DNA of 64,000 nucleotides. It comes from a virus. Taxonomy: Duplodnaviria > Heunggongvirae > Uroviricota > Caudoviricetes. Under the pieces are notes generated by a model. That model did no database searches. It saw only the letters and a program-made list of their open reading frames with translations, and was not told the origin of the DNA. Made by a program: the position numbers and the translations under genes. Where the stretch lies: the IMG/VR virus record IMGVR_UViG_2703718777_000015. One strand, written 5' to 3'. Positions 1 to 10,196 of the stretch are shown piece after piece. How positions within the stretch are numbered: the first letter of the stretch is position 1; each line of letters opens with the position of its first letter.

Positions 1-441
1 GAGAACCTGGAAGCAACAAAAGAGCTAATGAAGCAGTACCCGGAGGATGAAAAATTCCGTATGCGTGTACACGGCTTTAGCGAAACAATGCTGCGCGTCC
101 ATTACATTTCCAGTAGCCCTAACTACAATGATGGTAAATCAGTTAGTTACCATGTGCCGCTGTGTGGTGTGTTTATCTGCGATGAAACTCTCCGTGATGG
201 AATCATCATCAACGGTGAATTCGAGAAAGCAAAATTTAGCCTTTATGACTCTATAGAACCGATCATCTGCGACCGCTGGCCGCAGGCAAAAATATATCGC
301 CTGGCAGATATTGAAAATGTAAAAAAACAAATTGCCATCACTCGCGAAGAGAAAAAGGTCAAATCAGCCGCATCAGTTACGCGCAGCCGTAAAACTAAGA
401 AGGGGCAGCCAGTAAACGACAACCCCGAAAGCGCGCAATAG
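1..441 (+). CDS. hypothetical protein, 5' end outside window (possibly C-terminal part of a C1-type immunity repressor; unverified)
   Basis: Frame is open from window edge to stop at 441; convergent with pacB; no recognisable motif. Confidence 0.5.
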   Translation, partial: ENLEATKELMKQYPEDEKFRMRVHGFSETMLRVHYISSSPNYNDGKSVSYHVPLCGVFICDETLRDGIIINGEFEKAKFSLYDSIEPIICDRWPQAKIYRLADIENVKKQIAITREEKKVKSAASVTRSRKTKKGQPVNDNPESAQ

Positions 442-465
442 TTTCTATCCGGCATGGTCAATGAG

Positions 466-1950
466 TTATTCATTAAGCCATGCCAGAGCTTCATCAACCT
501 GCGCTTCGTCTTCGACGCTAAGCACTTCATCCTGGGGAACATAATCCGCCAGCATAGCGAAACAATATGTATCCCAATGGTCTGGTGAGTGCAGGTTGAG
601 TTTTTTCTTCATATCCTCCTTACTCATCACCTTCCATTGACCTGCGGAGTTAATCCCTACAGGGATTTTCGACGCTTCCTCAATAGTTTCATTACCCTTA
701 TCCAGTCTCATACGACCAGATTTTACGGCCTCTGCGGCTTGAACGTTGGCATAAGCACGTTTATCAAAGTACAGGCTCTTATCTTCACGGCTATGCATCT
801 TTTTACCCCAGCGTATACGCTGTACGGTAATACCATAATACTCGTACATCAGATCCGCCGTTGCTTTACCCAGGCCATCGCCGTCTATCGCTATGGTGAT
901 ATTTGGGAATCGCTCAGGATTGCATTCTGCGAAAATTTTGGCGGCAAGCTGCGTTTCTGTAACGTCTGTGTATTCCAGCATTCGATAGTTGATTACACGG
1001 CGTTTATTTCGCTGGCCGGACACCATCATGATATTGATAACGGACTTATCCCGTCCCGTACCACCAGCAACGTCCACACATGCAAGCCAGCCCCATCCTT
1101 TGGCAATCTTGACTTTCCGCCGCGTTGCACGTTCAACCTCATCACGTCCAAGAAGGAAGCCATCCTGTGATTTAGGGAATAGGCCGCGTACCTTAATCAT
1201 GTACATAGGGTTATCACGCCCGCCGTACTCCGCCAGCTTCATTTTGATAAATGCTGGCGTTACCAGCGGTGATTCCTCACTGTTAAGCGTGATCGCCGTA
1301 TAAACGCCATCAGGGTTACCAGGACGCTTGGCCAGTTTATGGTGTGTATCGTAGAAATAGCCGCTTGGGCGTGTAGGCTGTGACAGTAATAAGATGCGGT
1401 TATCCTGTCCGGTAAGAGCACCGGTGATGATACCGAAAGCTCTATCACTGACACCGGAGGCTTCATCGATAATATACAGAAGATGATCTGCGTGTTCACC
1501 GGCGAGAGCTTCTTCACTTCCCAGACGAAAGCCCTTCGGTACTACAGTCCATACACCTTTACCAGTAACCTCATAGAAAGCGGTTTCTGTCAGAACAAAA
1601 TAATCAGCAAGCCATGGGAAACGGCTGGTGGCAGTAGCCCAGTTTATCTTGATGTACTTGAATATACCGGTCATTACCTGCTGAATTTTGTTCGCAACGA
1701 TAATGGCGCGGGCACCGGGATACATGATTATGAACAACATGATCATGATAGAAGTCATGTCTGATTTCCCGGTACCGTGACCAGACGAAACAGATGTCTT
1801 GCTACCCTGTTCCTGCACAGACTCAATAATCAGATCCTGCTGCCAGGTAGGTGTTTTGCCGAACAAAACATCAGCGGCAGCAATCCAGTCATAACGATAT
1901 AGCGCCACCAGCTCGCGCCAACGTGGATCCGTTACGCAACTTCTGGCCAT
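466..1950 (-). CDS. pacB: terminase/pacase large subunit (P1 PacB-like), 494 aa
   Basis: Walker-A-like GHGTGKS; 494 aa; start overlaps pacA stop (TAATG); follows pacA with pac site. Confidence 0.85.
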   Translation of the reverse strand: MARSCVTDPRWRELVALYRYDWIAAADVLFGKTPTWQQDLIIESVQEQGSKTSVSSGHGTGKSDMTSIMIMLFIIMYPGARAIIVANKIQQVMTGIFKYIKINWATATSRFPWLADYFVLTETAFYEVTGKGVWTVVPKGFRLGSEEALAGEHADHLLYIIDEASGVSDRAFGIITGALTGQDNRILLLSQPTRPSGYFYDTHHKLAKRPGNPDGVYTAITLNSEESPLVTPAFIKMKLAEYGGRDNPMYMIKVRGLFPKSQDGFLLGRDEVERATRRKVKIAKGWGWLACVDVAGGTGRDKSVINIMMVSGQRNKRRVINYRMLEYTDVTETQLAAKIFAECNPERFPNITIAIDGDGLGKATADLMYEYYGITVQRIRWGKKMHSREDKSLYFDKRAYANVQAAEAVKSGRMRLDKGNETIEEASKIPVGINSAGQWKVMSKEDMKKKLNLHSPDHWDTYCFAMLADYVPQDEVLSVEDEAQVDEALAWLNE

Positions 1951-3143
1951 TAATCATCATCCCCGTATAGCTTGCGGGTAACTTCTTCGTCTTCCTCCTC
2001 GTCTTCGTCCAGGTCTTGTTCCAGCCATGGGTCGTTTGATACACCTTCAGTATCAACATCTCCATAACCGCCTGTATCAACGATATCGGCGATTTCTTCC
2101 CTACGCTGCTCAATCCACAATGCGGCATCGGCGCGGCGGTTGGCGGCCCGTTCTCGCGCAACTTTGTCCAGATCTTCAAGAGAAGGGCCACCGACGGCTG
2201 TTTGCCTTTCCTCATCATCGGTATTGGTCTTCGGAGCACGCAGATCGGCTTTGATTTGCTCCAGCATCAGGGGCGGCACTTTCCCGCCATGCGCCTCGAT
2301 GAATTCAGCTGCTTCCAGCACTGACCAGTTATTTTCACGCTTTCGTTCGTATGCCAGCTTAACAATGCCAGCTTGCCCCATAGACAAAGCGTGCTTTTCC
2401 GCCTCCCGGCTTTCTTTTCGATAGTTATTCCGGATGCTGTAAATGGTGTTGATCAGGCTGCTTATCTGCGCGGAACAGCTGTTTAGCATGCTCGCGATAC
2501 GGTATTCAGGCGGAGTACCTTCATCATCGTCCTTTTGCTGATCGCGCATTTCCTGCACCAGGCGAATACACGTATCCCTGGCGTTCTCCAGCATAAGGAG
2601 ATGAGAAAGAGACTTTTCAAGAAGAGTGGTTTCCAGAACATCGGCCCCGGACCGACGCAACATAGCGCGCGCGGCCTTCCGCGCTTCAACGTTATCTATC
2701 AGGTAATCGCCAGCTTCGAATTCAAAGCGTTCACCATCATCATCCAGGGTGTCGCGTTCCAGGCGATCACGTAAGGTCCGGTGGGCGCGGGTGATCACGT
2801 CATGATCATCTGAACGATCATTTATGCGCTTATTTTGGCGCTTCGCATTCTCGACTGCGGCACTGACAACGGCATTAACTCTCTGTTTTTCCGCTATTTC
2901 AGCCGCAATATGATCACCTGCATGTTGATCATTAGAGTGATCAATGATCATGCTTTTTAGTGGCTTCCTGACTGGCTTATTTGGCTTGCGGCTGTCCGCA
3001 GTCCTGGTGTCTTCTTTGAAGGCACGGAGATAACGACGTGCGGTATTAGGGTTAAGATTAAACTCGGCGGCATACTGTGCGATGGTGTAACCACCATCTC
3101 GCGCCAGGCGAGCAAAATTCTTTTTGTGATCGTCCCAGGTCAC
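1950..3143 (-). CDS. pacA: pacase small/DNA-recognition subunit (P1 PacA-like), 397 aa
   Basis: 397 aa; pac-like hexamer cluster lies inside its 5' portion; acidic C-terminus; coupled to pacB. Confidence 0.8.
   Translation of the reverse strand: MTWDDHKKNFARLARDGGYTIAQYAAEFNLNPNTARRYLRAFKEDTRTADSRKPNKPVRKPLKSMIIDHSNDQHAGDHIAAEIAEKQRVNAVVSAAVENAKRQNKRINDRSDDHDVITRAHRTLRDRLERDTLDDDGERFEFEAGDYLIDNVEARKAARAMLRRSGADVLETTLLEKSLSHLLMLENARDTCIRLVQEMRDQQKDDDEGTPPEYRIASMLNSCSAQISSLINTIYSIRNNYRKESREAEKHALSMGQAGIVKLAYERKRENNWSVLEAAEFIEAHGGKVPPLMLEQIKADLRAPKTNTDDEERQTAVGGPSLEDLDKVARERAANRRADAALWIEQRREEIADIVDTGGYGDVDTEGVSNDPWLEQDLDEDEEEDEEVTRKLYGDDD
2790..2950. promoter_or_regulatory. pac packaging site: two clusters of TGATCA/GATC hexamers (3 plus a CGATCA variant at 2792-2820; 4 at 2911-2950) about 90 bp apart
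   Basis: Read directly: TGATCA at 2792, 2803, 2911, 2926, 2938, 2945; matches the described P1 pac layout inside pacA. Confidence 0.75.
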
Positions 3144-3228
3144 TTATGCTTCCTTTCGTAAAAACTCTTTTTGACGCGAGGGTAACGAAAGTCACATGTC
3201 AAAAGGCCCGGAACGGGCAAGCAATCAA

Positions 3229-3651
3229 TCAGATACGTGCGGATGTGGCATTACCGTAATGACGGTGCTGACGGGCCACCTTATTGAAAAGTTGACGCGC
3301 CATTACCCAAGGCTGGTGCTCCCGGCGTTCCTTTTCGTCCTGCGTCATATAGAGTTCGTTCTGGAGTTTTTCATCAAACCGGCGCGGAGCGCGGCTACGG
3401 CGAAAGAATTCAGGATTCAGAGAGTGGATCTGAAATCTACGTGGGCGTGTACTGTCATCAATCAAAACAGACGAATACTTAGACACAGCGATAGCCTTTA
3501 AGCGCAGATAAACATCGCGCTTATCGACATCCAGATGCGGGTATTCCTTTTCAAGAATTGCTGCGAGTTCTTTCGCTGATAGAAGAGATTTAGTGCGGAT
3601 CATGTAATCCGCAATCTCGTACGATGTTATTCGTGAGTGTTTTATTTCCAT
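3229..3651 (-). CDS. hypothetical protein; candidate late-gene activator (Lpa/gp10-like) by position upstream of pacA
   Basis: About 140 aa, basic; C1 operator about 100 bp upstream; assignment by synteny only. Confidence 0.45.
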   Translation of the reverse strand: MEIKHSRITSYEIADYMIRTKSLLSAKELAAILEKEYPHLDVDKRDVYLRLKAIAVSKYSSVLIDDSTRPRRFQIHSLNPEFFRRSRAPRRFDEKLQNELYMTQDEKERREHQPWVMARQLFNKVARQHRHYGNATSARI

Positions 3652-3751
3652 GAAGTGGCGTCCCTGCCAGTTAAGTAACATCCTGTCACCTACTGATTAG
3701 CCCATGTCAACTAATCAACGTGGAATATAATACCATCGATTAAAGAAATAG

Positions 3752-3768
3752 CAATACATTAGAGCAAT
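3752..3768 (-). promoter_or_regulatory. C1 repressor operator (15/17 match to ATTGCTCTAATAAATTT)
   Basis: Minus strand reads ATTGCTCTAATGTATTG upstream of the lpa-like gene. Confidence 0.6.
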
Positions 3769-3769
3769 T

Positions 3770-4813
3770 TTATCTAACACTCGACGAGTGACTTGTGATA
3801 GCGCCGACTCCAAGCGCGTAATCAAAGAACAATCGTTGATGCATCGCCAGCCTACCGTGCGTCTTCTCCCAATTATCGCGGTCACGCTCAATATCACGCT
3901 GGCATGACTGGCACAGAGGAATTGCGTAAATGTCATGCGCGCATAATCGACTATGACGAACGATATAAGGCGTAATGTGAGCGCCAGCTCCCGCCGCTCC
4001 ACACCCACAGCATGGACGGGAAGCAACAAAGTCCATGTACTCAGGTAATTTTAGCGATTGCAGTTTTGGTATTTTGAAATGCGCCATGCCAGGGTCGGAG
4101 TCAACATCCACAGAGCATACTTTTGCACGCATCGGCGCGGCGCGTTCTTCCATCATCTGAACATATGCTGTAGCGCGATCGTCATACGGGCGAATATCCG
4201 CCTCTTTCAGAGGTCCGCTATCCTGCGTTGCGGCTTTCATCTTATTTATTGATATACGGCAAACTTCTTCCGGCATCAGGTGCATCATGTTGCGCATGAA
4301 AGCCCACCAGCACAGTTCCTGAATACTTAAATCATGGCCATCTGAAAGCCCCATTTCCTGACGGGCGACATCCAGTATCCAGTTAACGCGATTATTATGC
4401 AGCGTTTCTTTCAGCTCATTAAAACCACGCATCCGGTAATGGTTATCGTGATGCCAGCACAACAACACCGCGCTATTGTCTCGTTCAGCGTGGACAATAT
4501 GGTTGTCACACCAACTACGATCTGCGGCCTGGCATTGACCCTCTTTCCTACGCAACCACGCCACCAGCGCGTCAATTCCACCAATACGGCGAAACAGTTC
4601 ATCGCTGTTAAAAAACGGCTGCAACGCCTCATTTGTTGCCATAGTTTGCTCGGAAACAACGAGGCCGTCGTCCATGTGCTCGATTAACTCACGCGGCACC
4701 GGCTCCATAATAAATTTACGGCCAGCCTCCACCAGCTTTCTGACTTCCTGATCCACTTTGAATGTGGCGACGCCAAGCTCTTTTTGTACAAAGGGAGTAA
4801 TTACGGCTTTCAC
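3770..4813 (-). CDS. hypothetical protein with Cys/His-rich C-terminal metal-binding region
   Basis: 347-aa ORF; C-terminal CCGCG...H...C.H...C..C cluster. Confidence 0.6.
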   Translation of the reverse strand: MKAVITPFVQKELGVATFKVDQEVRKLVEAGRKFIMEPVPRELIEHMDDGLVVSEQTMATNEALQPFFNSDELFRRIGGIDALVAWLRRKEGQCQAADRSWCDNHIVHAERDNSAVLLCWHHDNHYRMRGFNELKETLHNNRVNWILDVARQEMGLSDGHDLSIQELCWWAFMRNMMHLMPEEVCRISINKMKAATQDSGPLKEADIRPYDDRATAYVQMMEERAAPMRAKVCSVDVDSDPGMAHFKIPKLQSLKLPEYMDFVASRPCCGCGAAGAGAHITPYIVRHSRLCAHDIYAIPLCQSCQRDIERDRDNWEKTHGRLAMHQRLFFDYALGVGAITSHSSSVR

Positions 4814-4840
4814 ATCACACCTTTCATCACTGATTGGGCT

Positions 4841-5020
4841 TTATCTGCTGCCCGGCATTCTCTGTTTAAGCACAACCATTTCCTGACGGCATAACACAGC
4901 AATAGCGGTCCTGGCACCAATTTGCTTACCAACCAGGTATTGCTTTACCTCGCGGCGACTCACGCCATCAAGAAGCATCTTTAACGCTCTACGGGACAAT
5001 TTGTTGTATTTACGTGCCAT
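4841..5020 (-). CDS. small basic hypothetical protein (59 aa)
   Basis: GGAG 9 nt upstream of ATG; immediately downstream of doc. Confidence 0.45.
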   Translation of the reverse strand: MARKYNKLSRRALKMLLDGVSRREVKQYLVGKQIGARTAIAVLCRQEMVVLKQRMPGSR

Positions 5021-5024
5021 TGAT

Positions 5025-5405
5025 CTACTCCGCAGAACCATACAATCTACGTAACGTGGCGGCGACAGTAGATACAGATATCTCTCCGGTCGCAGCCCCT
5101 ACGGTAAGGTCTACCAGTTCAGGGGAGTCAAATACCTGCACCCCGTTACGGCGTAGAAATAACAGCGCACTGTTTAGCGCGGTACGCTTATTGGCATCAT
5201 TGAATATATGCCCTCTCGCTGTAGCCACCAGGTAGGTGGCGGAGACTTCGAAAAGGTCGGTGATCTCTTCGTAGGCAACTCTGGCCTGAACTCTCCCGAT
5301 AATGGCCTCTGCCCTACCCGGATCTGACATTCCCGGCAGGCCGCCGTAGCGGTTTATATTCGCATCATGAAGCGCAATAAGTTCTTCCGGTGATATATGC
5401 CTCAT
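5025..5405 (-). CDS. doc: Doc toxin (death on curing, Fic-fold kinase)
   Basis: 126 aa; [11 protein letters not shown] Fic/Doc motif; coupled to phd. Confidence 0.9.
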   Translation of the reverse strand: MRHISPEELIALHDANINRYGGLPGMSDPGRAEAIIGRVQARVAYEEITDLFEVSATYLVATARGHIFNDANKRTALNSALLFLRRNGVQVFDSPELVDLTVGAATGEISVSTVAATLRRLYGSAE

Positions 5406-5626
5406 TATCGGTTAACCAGTTCCTTGTTGGTGGAGTCCAGGGTGTCAAACAGGGATGCAAATTCAGCATCCAGCGCCGCTTTTTTGTAGGCTTCGAAAGT
5501 AGCCTTGCTGACAATTACTGCTGGCTCACGGCCTCTGCGGGTGATTTCAACCTCTTCCCCGGCTTCAACATTGTTGAGCACTTCAGAAAGGTTGCCGCGC
5601 GCGGTACGGAAGTTAATGGATCGCAT
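5405..5626 (-). CDS. phd: Phd antitoxin (prevent host death)
   Basis: 73 aa, [18 protein letters not shown]...; stop overlaps doc start. Confidence 0.9.
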   Translation of the reverse strand: MRSINFRTARGNLSEVLNNVEAGEEVEITRRGREPAVIVSKATFEAYKKAALDAEFASLFDTLDSTNKELVNR

Positions 5627-5632
5627 AAACAC

Positions 5633-5698
5633 CTCGTGTACTCGTTATGTGTACACAATTATAAACTTCACAGGCATAAAGCACCAGCACTTTGCAGC
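5633..5698 (-). promoter_or_regulatory. phd-doc promoter/operator region with repeated GTGTAC palindromic half-sites
   Basis: tgtgtactcgttatgtgtacac just upstream of phd. Confidence 0.45.
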
Positions 5699-6088
5699 TT
5701 AAATCACCGGACAATCATCAAATTCCCCACTTCGGGCATCATTGATGACATGAGTGATCACACCAAAAACAGCATTACTGCCCGTGTATCCATCGTCATC
5801 TACTGGTAACGCCTCTTTCTTCCCGGTGCTTAAATCCTCCAGGTGCTGGCGCGGATACTTCCTGTATCTCTTTATGCGATATTCACCCTCCATAGCGCAC
5901 ACAAGCAGAGAACCATCAACCGGAGTAAGCGAGGAATCAACCACCAGCAAAGCACCCTGCAATATTCCCTCACGGTGATGGCTATCAGCTGCCCGCATGA
6001 AGTAGGTTGCTGATGGATGCCTGATTAGTTGCTGATCAAGAGAAATTCGGCTTTCAACATAATCCGCCGCAGGAGAAGGGAAGCCCAT
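5699..6088 (-). CDS. humD: UmuD'-like S24 peptidase-fold protein (P1 HumD-like)
   Basis: 129 aa; LexA/UmuD C-terminal-domain-like; directly upstream of phd-doc as in P1. Confidence 0.8.
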   Translation of the reverse strand: MGFPSPAADYVESRISLDQQLIRHPSATYFMRAADSHHREGILQGALLVVDSSLTPVDGSLLVCAMEGEYRIKRYRKYPRQHLEDLSTGKKEALPVDDDGYTGSNAVFGVITHVINDARSGEFDDCPVI

Positions 6089-6109
6089 AGCGTTTTCACC
6101 TCAATAATA

Positions 6110-6125
6110 CTGTTCATTTATACAG
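6110..6125. promoter_or_regulatory. LexA (SOS) box CTG-N10-CAG between divergent humD and the lxr-like gene
   Basis: CTGTTCATTTATACAG read directly. Confidence 0.65.
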
Positions 6126-6262
6126 TATACATTAAAGAGACACCTTTGGTGCAAACGCGTTACGTACATCAACAACCGCTGATGATTTTGTGCGCTTTGC
6201 TACTATTCATCACCAACGGATCAGCGTAACCTCGTTGCCAATCAGTTAATAAGGAATTAGCT

Positions 6263-6715
6263 ATGCCTAATGGCATTCCTCTCGATCCTGTATTGCCCAA
6301 AAATTTTGACTGCACTCCTAACGAGAAACGCTCTAAAGCTCAGCTGGACGCCTGGTGGGACCATCCCTATGGGGTTACAGAACATGACGGGAAAATTGTT
6401 GTTTATTGTCTGAATGGTGGCGCGTGGGACCGTCCATCCGTGCTTGGTTTGGCAAATAACTATGATGAAGCCTGTGAACTTGCCGAAAGACAGCAGGCTA
6501 GATGGGTGAAAACACGGTCACAGCCGACATTCATGTTTTCAAAAGAACCGCCATTTATACTGGCGAGGATGCCGCAGCGACCGGATCATCAACAAGAAAT
6601 TGTTGCTGAATTTTCCTCAAGGGATGAGATGAATCTCTTCTCATTAAAGCAGGAAGAAAGGGAGCGCGTCGAAGTGTCTCCAACTCTCGACCACAACCGG
6701 ATGAACCTGGCCTAA
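6263..6715 (+). CDS. hypothetical protein (position of P1 lxr, LexA-regulated)
   Basis: 150-aa ORF divergent from humD across the LexA box. Confidence 0.55.
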   Translation: MPNGIPLDPVLPKNFDCTPNEKRSKAQLDAWWDHPYGVTEHDGKIVVYCLNGGAWDRPSVLGLANNYDEACELAERQQARWVKTRSQPTFMFSKEPPFILARMPQRPDHQQEIVAEFSSRDEMNLFSLKQEERERVEVSPTLDHNRMNLA

Positions 6716-6841
6716 CTCGCCTGGTACAGCAAAGAATTAGAGATGTCTATTGCCCGACTTGAAAACGAAAAAGCCGCTATCCAAGCCCAGCATGAAGCTG
6801 TCATTGCCAGGATACGAGAAGTTCAAAACGGTTAACTACCG

Positions 6842-7105
6842 CTATTTCTTTACGGCATCATCTTTCTGATATGCCGGATCGCTCCCTTTTGGCAACTGGA
6901 GGCTTAACTGCCAGTAGTGCCGTAGCCGTTCCATGAAATAGGTGCGCAGATTCTCTGGTTGCTCGCGGGCTACCTGTTCAGCTATGACAGGTATGTTCAA
7001 TCGCTCTTTGTACGCCACACCGCTGGCAGCCAGATCAACGTTAACCTTATCCCGTTCTTCCTGACTTTTAGCTGCAATATTCCAATCGTACATATCAAAT
7101 CCCAT
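6842..7105 (-). CDS. hot: DNA polymerase III theta-subunit homolog (P1 Hot-like)
   Basis: [33 protein letters not shown] closely resembles HolE. Confidence 0.8.
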   Translation of the reverse strand: MGFDMYDWNIAAKSQEERDKVNVDLAASGVAYKERLNIPVIAEQVAREQPENLRTYFMERLRHYWQLSLQLPKGSDPAYQKDDAVKK

Positions 7106-7542
7106 CCAGAATAATTGAGTAACGACTATTATTTAACCAGCAAAGTAACTTTTAATTTTTTTTCTTCTCCCATTGATTTTTGTGCACAGCTTATCTGCCT
7201 TGCCGTGCGCAGAATCAACTTTTTTCTTCCTGATTTATCCACAAAGTTATGCACTTGCAAGAGGGCCATTTTCTAAATATTGTGATGTTTCACAAATGAA
7301 ATGAATTTTGATTAATGAAGATAAGGAGAAAATTTGAGATGCAATCATGACGTTAATAGATAGGGTCTGCATTACAGACCCCACCCGCATCAAGGAATTA
7401 GCCGTTCCCTGATGTTGTTCCGAAAACATGTGCCGTAAGCTCACGTTAACGACTTTCTTTCACCGAATCCAACTATATAAGGGTTGGGTTTCTACGTCAA
7501 CGTGAGCAAGTGCTCCTTTACATTTGACAAGGAACCACCTTA

Positions 7543-7680
7543 ATGACTGCTTTTTTTCAGTTCCTGAGTGCATTTTTAGATGCGCCTGTTATTAGCCAGA
7601 TTCTGGCTATTATCCTCATCATCGTTTTGATTTTGCTTTTAAGGTCAGTAAAAAATGGAATTATGCACTGGCTTACTTAA
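7543..7680 (+). CDS. possible 45-aa hydrophobic membrane peptide
   Basis: MTAFFQFLSAFLDAPVISQILAIILIIVLILLLRSV...; lies in AT-rich 650-bp intergenic region; below ORF-track size cutoff. Confidence 0.25.
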   Translation: MTAFFQFLSAFLDAPVISQILAIILIIVLILLLRSVKNGIMHWLT

Positions 7681-7755
7681 TGTTTCAGTGAAACATTAAA
7701 ATCTCCTTGATGTGGAAACAATCATTTTCTGTATGTGCTGGTGGGTACCTGTAGT

Positions 7756-8118
7756 TCAGCTTTCGTTGGCATTTAACTTCGTCTTTGCTTTCTCCACCAG
7801 CAACTTCCAGATGCCTATTTCATTAGCAGCCGCCTTGATGGCGGCATAAAAAGCATCTTGCTGATCGTAACGCTGAATCTGTTTTTTCAGTTTTGCCTCC
7901 ACCAATTTAATTTCATTACGTGCTTTCTGAAGCCGCCGCGCCGCCCGGTTACGTCTGTTCTTGTATAGCGCGTTAATCTCTGACAATTGCTTTAATTTAC
8001 CAGCCTGACTGCGGATTATCGCCTCTCTGACTTCTGCCGTGCGTCTCATCTGATCTCTTAAGAGTTCACCGTTTTCGATAATTCTTTCAAGGTGTTTGAT
8101 GTGATCTGCAACTCTCAT
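7756..8118 (-). CDS. hypothetical coiled-coil protein (120 aa)
   Basis: Charged helical sequence; stop overlaps upstream gene. Confidence 0.55.
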   Translation of the reverse strand: MRVADHIKHLERIIENGELLRDQMRRTAEVREAIIRSQAGKLKQLSEINALYKNRRNRAARRLQKARNEIKLVEAKLKKQIQRYDQQDAFYAAIKAAANEIGIWKLLVEKAKTKLNANES

Positions 8119-9047
8119 ACTTCACCCTCGCTTGTATCGCCAGCATCCACCAACGGCAATAAAGCCATGGCCATCTTATGAACCAACAGAGCATCGATAA
8201 TGCCAAGCGTATGCCCCGGCTTAATGTTTAATGCCGCCTCAAGGTGACACCTTTCTAGGTCACTTTTCTCGGCTTGTTTATGATGATCTGGCGTAATAAC
8301 GTCGCCCAAAACACGGCTAATTCTTTCTCGTAATTGCTGGGTGCCAGCACACTTGACCGCTGTATCGTGGAGGCGGTTAACCAGTTCGCGATAAACATGC
8401 GGCTTAATTCGGATACGTTCACCGGGGACGCCCTTTCCTTTCGCTGGCACCGAACTATCCGGAATGTCCGGATAGTTGCCAGCCTCGTAAGCTACCCGCA
8501 GCCAGTGCATGAATGTTTCAGTGGACACACAACCACAGTCCACATCGATTTTCCCGCGTTGCTGTTCCAGCCATTGCCCAAAATCCAACCTGTAAGTCTT
8601 ACTTTCAAGTTCATCACCATTGAACTCGACTTTCTGCGACGCTATGAGAGCTGATTCGTATTGTTCGCGAGTGACAACTGACTGGTATTCATCGCTATCA
8701 AGGTCACCAATTGGAAGCTCAATCTCACAACAAAAATTGCGCCCAAAGAAAGTGTCTTTTTTGTGGTCTGAGCCAAAAGCAAAAGTCGCGCATGGTGCCA
8801 TTAAATTGACACTGGGTAGGTAACAATAACTCATTCCATCAGGCCACCCGCCGCACTTAGGCAGCTCCTTCACTAACAAGTCGATAAGCTTCATTTTTTT
8901 ATCATCTTTGCAAGCCGCCAAAGCCATTTGGGCAAGTGCCAATACTTCATCGGCCGTATATCCAGCACCGTGACCATACATTTCGATACGGGAAATAGTC
9001 TCTGATATACGCTCTTCAGTGATTCTGGTCATTTCTTTTTGCGCCAT
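8115..9047 (-). CDS. hypothetical protein (310 aa), no recognised domain
   Basis: Long ORF, translationally coupled to neighbours. Confidence 0.65.
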   Translation of the reverse strand: MAQKEMTRITEERISETISRIEMYGHGAGYTADEVLALAQMALAACKDDKKMKLIDLLVKELPKCGGWPDGMSYCYLPSVNLMAPCATFAFGSDHKKDTFFGRNFCCEIELPIGDLDSDEYQSVVTREQYESALIASQKVEFNGDELESKTYRLDFGQWLEQQRGKIDVDCGCVSTETFMHWLRVAYEAGNYPDIPDSSVPAKGKGVPGERIRIKPHVYRELVNRLHDTAVKCAGTQQLRERISRVLGDVITPDHHKQAEKSDLERCHLEAALNIKPGHTLGIIDALLVHKMAMALLPLVDAGDTSEGEV

Positions 9048-9403
9048 TTCTTTTCACATTCCTTAGTCCATTTTTCAATGTTCATTTTGGCAATATCAGT
9101 CATTCCATCACCTAAGAAATACTTTCTCCGGTATGTCTTGCACTTAAACCACACTACAACAGCCACCAGCCAGAAAATAAAAGGCCATACAGCAATACCA
9201 ACGACAGCCGCGATAAAGCCCAATATCCATAAATGAAGCTCTCCAACTTCTGTTTCCGGCAATATTCTTAAAGAATTAAACAGCAGGCTGAACGAATGGT
9301 CGTATGCATTGGCAGTATAAGACATGCAATCCATATAATTAAAGTCATAGCCTGCGGCTGCCGCCCATAATGGGCGGTCAAGAAAATGTTTTAGTGTCAT
9401 CAT
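9029..9403 (-). CDS. hypothetical membrane protein (124 aa) with lysine-rich C-terminus
   Basis: TM segment LWILGFIAAVVGIAVWPFIFWLVAVVVWF. Confidence 0.55.
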   Translation of the reverse strand: MMTLKHFLDRPLWAAAAGYDFNYMDCMSYTANAYDHSFSLLFNSLRILPETEVGELHLWILGFIAAVVGIAVWPFIFWLVAVVVWFKCKTYRRKYFLGDGMTDIAKMNIEKWTKECEKKWRKKK

Positions 9404-9409
9404 ATTAAT

Positions 9410-9799
9410 TTAAGGTTCAGACCAGTTATCTTCAATAGCAATGCTTAATCTTTGTAGCCATTCTGCTAATTTCAGCATTGCTTCTCTTTCGCTTAAACCA
9501 CGAGGAAAATCATCAAGCGATATTGTTGGCTTGAAGCCCCCGTAATTATCCATTTCAACGGTCAGATTTTGCTCCAGTACGGTATTCCTTACGCGGCTAT
9601 TGTGGCGAAGCAAATATACTGAACGTGATTTATTGGTTTTGTGGTCGAGCTGATATTCGGTAAGTATCATCTGGCTTTTGCCATGACTATTACCTCTCCA
9701 CATACTTACCTCACTTAATAAAACAACTCCATGCGTAGTTGATGATTTTTTCCCACGTAATATAAATCTGCACTCCGGCAGTAAAACCAAAGCCAACAA
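9410..9799 (-). CDS. hypothetical protein
   Basis: ORF only; start uncertain. Confidence 0.35.
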   Translation of the reverse strand: MLALVLLPECRFILRGKKSSTTHGVVLLSEVSMWRGNSHGKSQMILTEYQLDHKTNKSRSVYLLRHNSRVRNTVLEQNLTVEMDNYGGFKPTISLDDFPRGLSEREAMLKLAEWLQRLSIAIEDNWSEP

Positions 9800-10196
9800 T
9801 TGCTGAAAAAATCAAAACATTTACTTTTGACATTATAAATTTTCTCTCGGTGTCGTAGGTGATAGCACCATAATTGATAATTTAGTGAGTTAGCAGTTCC
9901 ATTTTTTGGATGATTTCCGCATGAGCATCATCGTTGTCAACACTTAACTCGTTTAATGCCTCTCGCACTACATCAACTTCTTCTGGTTGGAAGAAGTCAT
10001 CTCGGTTGTCACCAAATAGAACCGAAACAAGCCTTCCACCAGCAACATCAAGATTGGCGCTAACAGGTGGCTCTTTACCATCCTCAAATCGACTACAAAA
10101 GTTATTTTTCCCATCGTTACCACCAGCGACAAATTGAATACAAACCCAGTGCTGCCGCCATCACAATTCCTACCGTTGCGAATGCTTCAGGCCAGC

